Shown: piece after piece, positions 56,249 to 64,000 of the stretch
How positions within the stretch are numbered: the first letter of the stretch is position 1
Layout: each line of letters starts with the position of its first letter
NCBI GenBank assembly: GCA_032718475.1
Contig: JAUCBJ010007487.1
Location: 1-64,000 of the forward strand
Direction: 5' to 3'
DNA: 64,000 nt
DNA from: Nemertoderma westbladi
Lineage: Eukaryota > Animalia > Xenacoelomorpha
The notes under the pieces: generated by a model
What the model was told of the DNA's origin: nothing
The model's database searches: none
Seen by the model: only the letters and a program-made list of their open reading frames with translations
Translations under genes and position numbers: made by a program

Positions 56249-57570
56249 ATGACGGAGTTGATAGAAGATGGTCTTAGTATCGGGGAGCGATATACTCTAT
56301 TTTTACAAGCGTTTGTTGATAGCTTAATACGCGGCGACGTTAGTCCAACTGCTGCGGAGGACGATGGTTGTTATATCGAACCGCCAATGTCCCAAGAGCA
56401 GCTCGCGCGAGTTGGACTATAGAAAATTCGCTGCTCGATATACGCAGCGTAATGGTACGTATATGGTCTTCTTAACTACTGGTCATCCTATCGATTTACA
56501 TAATACGGACTATGTCGACTATATATCCTGCCCAGCGGAGTCGGAACCATAAACTGAAATTCGAATGCGAAAATTCTATTCGAAATCGACTCGAAAGAAA
56601 AGACACTAAAGAAACAAATAAACGTGGTAACTCCAACGTATATTTGGAATTCTTGATAGAAGCATTGTAACAACAAATAAATATCACCCGCGTTTCCCCC
56701 TACCAGACGTGCGTCTTTGGTATTATTACGATAAATGCCCTAGACCCAACTAATAAACGGAAAGACATAAACATCCACGGAAACGTTGTGTTAAACACAG
56801 TTGTGCTCGTTATATTTACTGGAGTTTCAAGCGAAACTTGTTTGACGTATCACCTATGCTCACTCGGCTCGAACGATCCTGGAGTAAACCTACGATCAGA
56901 GTCCCGGAATACTCGGTCAAACCTCCTCATTCCTTAGTTGGACCTCAGACCTGCGATCCTGGTGGTGTCGCGGATCCTCGCGGACTGTATTCACTGTTCA
57001 AAGATCTAGTACTACCCTAACAATTAATCGGTAACACTCCGACAGTGATTTCTAGCTAGCCGCCCATCTTACCTAGCCGGATTGTGACGCGGACATTTAA
57101 TATCGCCGTTTAACCCTTACCATCGTCCCGGCTTGACACGATATAACCTGTCACCAGAGTGGCGGAGAACGTTGTACCGAACGAGTTAAACGCTATTCTA
57201 CAAAGATCAGAAAGGAAACCTACGTTTGTTCAGATAAACGTAAGTTATAACAGCAAGTCCAAGCGATAAACGAATTGTCTTTATCTCAGTTCGATTGTGA
57301 AATCCAGAATCTCTAAGAAGATATCGCACTTAGACAACCCCATTCTCTGCGAGAGTTTCTGGATGAACGTATCCAGCTACGAGCGGAGGAAAATCAGCTC
57401 GAGGAGAAGCATATCGAAACGGCGGATACCCCGACCATAATCCTACACCTTCTGATGCAATCATATTGCACCCTTCACCCAGGATTTATAGCCCTCCTAG
57501 TAAAGTGGCTCCCCCAAAGAGAAAAGGACTCTTGCTAGCCTCAAGAAACTGCGTAAACGCCGTCCGCGCA
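56249..57570 (+). pseudogene. Degenerate tandem paralog of the element B extra ORF
   Basis: MTELIEDGLSIGERYTLFLQAFVDSLIRGD..., FDVSPMLTRLERSWSKPTIRVPEYSVKPPHS; frameshifts, stops and a deletion; upstream 54536-54733 is duplicated at 56040-56248. Confidence 0.9.
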
Positions 57571-57658
57571 AAGAAACTAACTGTTTAGAGTATCTTTATG
57601 TTTTAGAAACTGTGATTTTTATATTTTATAGACTGAAAATCCCATTTTCTGGGAGCGG

Positions 57659-58842
57659 TGTAAAAGCTTTTGCTGAATTGTCCGGTTATTTTTCCTTATT
57701 TTTCCCGTAAAATACTCTGTAGTTGGTTTACCAGGCATAAAAAGGCCGTGTCCTTGCTGTACTGGTGTTTTAGCGGACATAAAAGCTATTTCTTCTGTAT
57801 TTGTACTTTAGAGGACATAATCCGTAATTCCGTGACGTAAAAGCTCAATACTCTTGAAAACAGTGTCGCTACCATGACGACGGCTAGCAGCTGATATTGC
57901 TACGTCGACGTTTCTTTGTTTCTTTGTTCTCTCGTTGTTCAGGTTGACCAATCAGAGCGTTTGTTGTCTCTGTGTTGGAGGTGTATACAGAAACTCAGTA
58001 GTTCAGTGTTATGTTTTTGCCCAGAGCCTAAGAACCGGCTTTTGGCACCTCCGTGTTTTCAGTTTTTAGTCCTACACTAGTAGGCTTAATTATAAGGACA
58101 TATATCCGTTATCTGCATACTGCAGTACTGCATACACTGCATACTGTGTAACACTGTGCATACTTTTATATTGTTATACTGCTATTTACTGTCAGTTCTT
58201 CATAATATGGTTGATGAATTATTATATTTGGAATAACGACAAATAACCCCGAAAACCCAATATTCTTGATATACCGAAGGTAAGAGAGAAAGGTTACAGA
58301 TAAATGATTGCGACCTATGTTGATTGGTTTGAAGTGAATCTAATGTTATTTGATAGACCCTACATGATTCGGTCCGTGTTCCTTTTATATGTGACTAAAA
58401 TCAGTGAAGATCGGCAGATCAGTGTGCAGTATTGTGCAGCATTGTGTATGAGTGAGACTGATAACGAAGCATTTCCTAAAGAATGCGCCATATATGTGAA
58501 TTGTAACTAAGCTATATCGTTGTGAGTAGTTTAAGTCATAACTCTGTTTGTATAGATAGAGCGCCACGTCCTAAAGGAACTGTTAATATTTCCCGAAGGT
58601 GAATAATATTGTCAGAGATTATATAATACTGTCAGTCGAATAATACATTAGGCTTACATAGCAATAAAATTAAGCCGTCGAACCCAATCTCCCGGGTATA
58701 TCCAGCGGGTGAATGATCGCGCACAGATTGGTTTCGACTAGTGTAGTGAATTAAATACTTGTCATAGACTAAAGGTGATTTATTATCTAGAAGACATCCT
58801 AATTTGGCGGGTTAAACTGCCAAAGGTCTGAAAGCGCGAACA
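57659..58842 (+). repeat. Element B 3' LTR (1184 bp)
   Basis: Follows the PPT; same termini as the 5' LTR; U3-side ~400 bp strongly diverged from it. Confidence 0.9.
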
Positions 58843-59650
58843 GTTAGTTAAAGATTGGCTTGTGACTTATTGTTATATGATTTAATTAATATAATTATAA
58901 TATAACAACTTATTATATTGTGATTTTCAAGCTCACGTCGAGGATTAGTAATGTGAGTGGGAAGAGGCAGAACCAGACAGTCTAGTAAAACAGTCTAACT
59001 CCAAAATAAAGTATATAAAACAGTCTAAAACTAATAAAGCATAGTAATGGAATAAGATATGAAAGTTATGAGTCGCTGCATAGGGTGCTGCATAGAGTGC
59101 TGCACTCTGATTGGAATAAATTTCATGAAATTCGTGAGTTTGAATTGCGAATTAGTTTTGGATCACCTCTCACCTCATCTTTTTTCCTCAATTGAGTAGA
59201 CAGACAGACAGACAATACTGTAAAACGTTGCAAAGTACTGTACCACATAATACAACATCGAATAGTAAATAATTTCACATAAACAACATTAATATTGCAA
59301 TAATTTTGACATTCAAATTGTAAACATTAAACTAAATAATAAATATCCTTACGTTCGTTCTGTACCAGCAGACCGGAATTCTAGTTTAGCTGTCAGAGCT
59401 TTATTGTCAGTAATTAAATAATACAGTATACTCGAAGCTTAGATCAATTGTAAGAAGTAGTAAGTGAGTGTACTGTACGGAGTGCCTGTAATCTAATATA
59501 GTTATGTCAATTCGGCAACTTTAAGAAAAGGTAAATAAAAATGCTTATTTATCATTTAAAAAAAAAAAAGGGGAAAAAAGGATAAATTCGATAAAAAAAG
59601 GGGATAGCCAAAAAAAAGGAACCGCTCCGCTAAGGAGGGCTGCAACATAC

Positions 59651-59840
59651 CCAAGCATTTTAGTAAGAAATCCGTGAGATTGTTGCGGGTACATCCAACC
59701 CTGTAGATCCCCTCCTCCACAATACTCCCTTCTATCGCATCCATGCATTTTCGCATAAAATGCTTTCCCTCCTTATTCAGAAAACACATACGCTCCACTT
59801 GTTTAACTTTATTCGCTTCTATTCGCAGATTCTCATCGCT
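59651..59840 (-). CDS. GRAF-like RhoGAP gene 2, first RhoGAP exon (arginine finger)
   Basis: atttattttag|AGC...TTGG|gtatgt; phase 0-1; FLNKEGKHFMRKCMDAIEGSIVEEGIYRVG resembles GRAF LDxxGFxFVRKCIxxxExRGxxEQGLYR; splices in frame to 37906. Confidence 0.88.
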
Positions 59841-60469
59841 CTAAAATAAATCACAAAGTTTAAATGTAAAATTAATTATATCCGAGTAATATTAGCCCCA
59901 TGCGGTTAACTTTGTATCCCTACTGAATACATACCTAGATTAGGATTAATTGAGATTGCAACATTTAGTAATTATCATTCAAAATTGATACACACGAGAT
60001 ACAATACTAGTAATTCCATGGAAAACATAACTTAATTAATTAGTGTGGAATTAATTTCGCACTACCAAATGGTACAGGGCGACATATGTTCTAACTTTAT
60101 ATCGCAGTGCGACAATATTTCCCAGTATGTCATAACTCCACGTCGAGATGTATTCGGCCAGATGTATGTCCAATATTTTCAGTACTTTGTTTAATTTACA
60201 GTGGTTTGAATTCATATTATACTAATTAATTACTGATTGCGATTCCCACCAATCACCCATCCATTCTCAATCCACTAAATTACTTTGACGGAACGAGATA
60301 AATAAGCTAATTATTAAAATATTATTTTTATTTAATTTTAATTTGTATATTTAAAGATAAATGGTACAAAGATAAACCCTTATTTACATTTTATATAAAA
60401 ATACTATAAACGGACTGCATAATCAGAAATGATTGGTCTATAAAATATTGGAGGTGTTTCGTTGGTTAA

Positions 60470-60810
60470 CCCAAGCTTGAGCCGCCTCCGCTTTAAAGGA
60501 CATTGCTTTCCAGTGAAGTCCAGCCTGTGCACAATCTTGTGCTTTTGGTATCCCAATGGAGTAAATAAGCATGGTGGACGACTGCCCATGACTTTCTTGA
60601 GGACAGTCTGTGACTTTCTTGAGACGCAAAGTCATGGGGAATAGAGAGTTGTGGCGGCGCAAATTTGTCGATAGGCCGGCGTAGCATTCTTAATGCACGC
60701 TACATTGGACTTTCCAATTATGGATTGCATGGTGGTGACAAAAGGTTTTCGTCAAGCCAGCATAGCATCTCAATGTGCAGCTTCACTGCAGCATGCCGAT
60801 TGTAGTAGTA
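60470..60810 (+). mobile_element. RTE-like LINE 3' fragment
   Basis: RRLRFKGHC...GVNKHGGRLPMTFLR; ends gcagcatgccgattgtagtagtag. Confidence 0.75.
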
Positions 60811-61921
60811 GTCTGATAGCACGTTGATAGTTCTTGTCATTCCTGCCCAGCACAAAACATCATCATATAGATGCAGCTGCAATAACTAAGATACAGCAAT
60901 AGTCTGATATCCAGATTACACAAATCTGCCTTTGCTCATACCATTACACCTTAAGACACTAAAATAGGTAACTGAATATGAATTACACTGTATTAACTAA
61001 TTAACAGCACAACACTGACTGAATGGATATAGAATAAAGGTGAAATATGATGTCGAATCACATACTGAGTATCTACAAATAGCGGTTCTCTATTGGCTAA
61101 TCAGTAAGGTGATAATTGGGTGATGATTAGGTTACTATTCACCTGGAGAGCAGTAACCTGATAATATATTGCCCCAATAAGATTTTACAATGTAACATGG
61201 GTTGAATCACGATGCAACCCCTTGGCAAAACCAATAATGTAGAATTAATTTAGGGTAATTAGATCGCTCTATAATTTGGGGGTTAGATAAAACTGAATAG
61301 ATGGGGTTTGTGAAATGAGGGTCAGAAGCGCATGCACTAGGATTATAATCCGGAAAAATGTTAATAAAATGGAAACAATTTTTTTTAAAGGTGAACTATA
61401 AATAATTTACTGATTAATCAATCAGTCAGGGGATCAAAATAATTATAAAATAATGTTTCAAATTTGATAAAATGTGATCTTCTTGATCTACAGTACGAAT
61501 TTAATTATCCATTCCCCTGGATTCATATTTGCCAATATGGGTCCAAGTGTATCTCTCAGAAAATCAAGTTTCAAGGGTGTTTGGTTTTCCAAATGTGGCC
61601 AGGTATACATTGTGTGCAATGGGGAAGATATGGATAAATGTTGGTACATATGATTCCATGGGAATGAATAATTAAAATGGTACTGTATCTATCTATAAAC
61701 GGCTGCATTGCAGCTGTACATTGAGATGCTTTGATAGATAGATAGATAGATTTATTTATACATTATGTAAAAACAATATCAAATACACCAAACAATGTAC
61801 CGGTATACTGGTATAAAGGTATTGTCCAACATAACATATAGGATTACCCCTAAAGCTTTGCAGCTTATTTCCAAGGGGGTCCTTTATGGCTTAACAAAAC
61901 AATTTGTGTGATCTACATTTG

Positions 61922-62045
61922 GCTTGCTGTGGTGCAGCGTGCATTACGAATGCTATGCCGGCATGTCGATAAAATTGAGCCGCCACAACTCCCTCCTATC
62001 CCCCATGACTTTCACGAGATTATCCGCATCTTCAACTTCAAGGTT
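61922..62045 (-). mobile_element. Short RTE-like 3' fragment next to the ECH1 stop codon
   Basis: cgccacaactccc..atcccccatgactttcacgagattatccgcatcttcaa matches the family 3' end seen at 37250-37300. Confidence 0.7.
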
Positions 62046-62048
62046 GAC

Positions 62049-63020
62049 CTACAGGTCGTTGAACTCTGGCTTTGTTTTAGCCATTGCGCTTTGGAAGGAT
62101 ATGATTGTATCTTCGCTTTGAAGAAGGCCGCCATTCATATTGAGTACTTGTCTCATCCCCTCCTCAACAGTGCGATCCTGACTATAAACCAGACTTATTT
62201 TAGTTCCCTGAACCGCAACCGGCGACAACGCTGCGATCCTATTGGCTGTCTCCATGGCAACGGCCAACGAGGCATCTGCATCCGCCTCTAGTCTGCTAAT
62301 TAAATTAAAGTCCCTGGCCTCCTTGGAGTCAAACTTCCTGGCAGTGTAGCAGACTTCCCGGGCCCAGCTATGGTTACCCGTCACCTTAGGCAACCGCTGT
62401 AGGGTCCCCAAATCTGCCACAAATCCCATCTCGACCTCCTTTACTTGGAACCAAGCGTCTAGCGACGCGTATCGGACATCGCACGCCGTTACCAGGTCCA
62501 CCGCCGCACCCAAACAAGCACCGTGTACGGATACAACCACCGGTTTCGGGCACTCCTCCACGGCGTTAATCGACTCCTGGAACTCGCCAGCAATCCCACG
62601 CATAGAGAACCAACGTCGCCCTGGTTCCAACTCCGCTGTACCCATAGCGAACGCTTCCAACGCAGGCAAATCGATCCCCGAGGAGAAAGCCAGTCCCTCC
62701 CCACTCAGTACCACCGCTCGGCATTTATTGTCCTTCCCCAACTCGGAGAAACACTCGCGGATTTCCTCGAACACTTTTAGGTTCAATGCGTTGCGTTTCT
62801 CAGCGCGGTTTAGCCGTACGTGCGCTACGTAGGACGCCGGTCGGCTCACGTCCAACGTAGCGAACGAGTAATCGCGAGTTCCTGTATATTTAAACCGCGC
62901 CGGTACCGGTAGACCTGGGTTGCAGGTCGGGGAGGAACCGAATCCAGTTACGTTTCGGTTCACTTTACTGATACCAGTGCAGTGGAGGCATCGTCGAAGT
63001 GGGGTTTTAACAATCAACAT
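62049..63020 (-). CDS. ECH1: Delta(3,5)-Delta(2,4)-dienoyl-CoA isomerase (crotonase family), intronless
   Basis: VAHVRLNRAEKRNALN, CRAVVLSGEGLAFSSGIDL, CPKPVVVSVHGACLGAAVDLVTACDVRYAS, FQVKEVEMGFVADLGTLQRLPKVTG (catalytic E and D), SPVAVQGTKISLVYSQD; basic N-terminal presequence-like leader. Confidence 0.93.
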   Translation of the reverse strand: MLIVKTPLRRCLHCTGISKVNRNVTGFGSSPTCNPGLPVPARFKYTGTRDYSFATLDVSRPASYVAHVRLNRAEKRNALNLKVFEEIRECFSELGKDNKCRAVVLSGEGLAFSSGIDLPALEAFAMGTAELEPGRRWFSMRGIAGEFQESINAVEECPKPVVVSVHGACLGAAVDLVTACDVRYASLDAWFQVKEVEMGFVADLGTLQRLPKVTGNHSWAREVCYTARKFDSKEARDFNLISRLEADADASLAVAMETANRIAALSPVAVQGTKISLVYSQDRTVEEGMRQVLNMNGGLLQSEDTIISFQSAMAKTKPEFNDL

Positions 63021-64000
63021 ACCGTTAATTGATGATGGAGTTATTATATTAATATTAAATAATATTAAATATCGTATTAGTTATTCAGAGGGGTCTCTAA
63101 TGAATTAACATTTCTTGTTTATTGTTTATGAACAATTCCCACAAAGTTCAATCAGCAATCACAACTTCTAGTATAACTATAAAATATAATATATGGATTG
63201 GATATATAATTATGATGTAAATAGAAAAGATATCTCATGTAATATTTGGAATAAAACATACTCTACTCACCATATACACTCAATAATAAACTCTTTTGTA
63301 TAATCTAACACCAAATAAACATAAGCATATACTGTACGCCTATATTCGACTAATTATTACGACTAAATATTAATTTTAATTACCTATGTAATTTAAAGGG
63401 ATATATTATACTTATATATAGTTTTCGTACTTATATAGCGCAAGTCGTATAATTATCAGTGCCAATATTGTTACAGTCCTCCAATCGTTAATACTGAATT
63501 ACTGTTCATTTACTGGAGTATTTCTCAGAAGGGGCAGTACCAAGGTCGCCTTGGGTAGTACTGATTACAGTTTATAGTAATATACGTTTGTATACAATAT
63601 GTCATACCATATGAAGATATGTGATAAGTATACAAATACAAAAAGCATAAACGTCAGAGGCGTAGCTATAGGGTGGGTAGGAGGGGTTTCTTGCCCCCTG
63701 GCGCCAAAAAGTTCGTTTAACCCCGGGTGAAGAGAAACCAAACTACGCCTCTGACTACTGTAAAAACCTAAAATATAAAACACTAATTAAGAAGAAAAGT
63801 TCTAATATCATAAATGCATTTTAATTATATTAAATTGAAACGACTTAATAAATAATTTCATTTGTCATATTAAAACGTTTAATGTATTAAATTATTTAAT
63901 TACGCCATAAATTAATTATACACTGTAATTGTGAATAACCTTTTTTCACCCGGGTGAATAACATCCCTTATCAGAGTCAACTGCTCTTTGGGGCCGTTTC

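Larger units (their letters stand above)
41496..58842 (+). mobile_element. Bel/Pao LTR retrotransposon B (17.35 kb), mosaic LTRs, no TSD
   Basis: LTRs TGTAAA(C/A)GCTTTTG...AAAGCGCGAACA at 41496-42681 and 57659-58842; single 2721-aa gag-pol; short PPT GGGAGCGG before the 3' LTR; flanks CTCTG and GTTAG do not match. Confidence 0.93.

Overview
AT-rich eukaryotic (invertebrate-type) genomic DNA. Host content: (i) the first four exons of a GRAF/oligophrenin-family (BAR-PH-RhoGAP) gene on the minus strand, running off the left end; (ii) RhoGAP-domain exons of a second GRAF-like gene on the minus strand (59840-59651, 37906-37760, 17385-17111, possibly 13918-13598), separated by ~20-kb introns; (iii) an intronless ECH1-like dienoyl-CoA isomerase gene. 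Two of those introns each hold a full-length Bel/Pao LTR retrotransposon: element A (17919-32180; near-identical 538-bp LTRs, GACAC TSD, extra DEDDy exonuclease/CCHC ORF) and element B (41496-58842; mosaic ~1.19-kb LTRs, no TSD, extra orphan ORF). The rest is a decayed CR1-like LINE, RTE-like fragments, MITE-like inverted repeats and tandem arrays. Main finding: neither element has a tRNA-type (TGG...) primer binding site. In both, the 10-12 nt directly after the 5' LTR are the exact reverse complement of a hairpin-embedded segment inside their own LTR, which suggests tRNA-independent self-priming in Bel/Pao elements. All alignments were done by eye; no searches were run.
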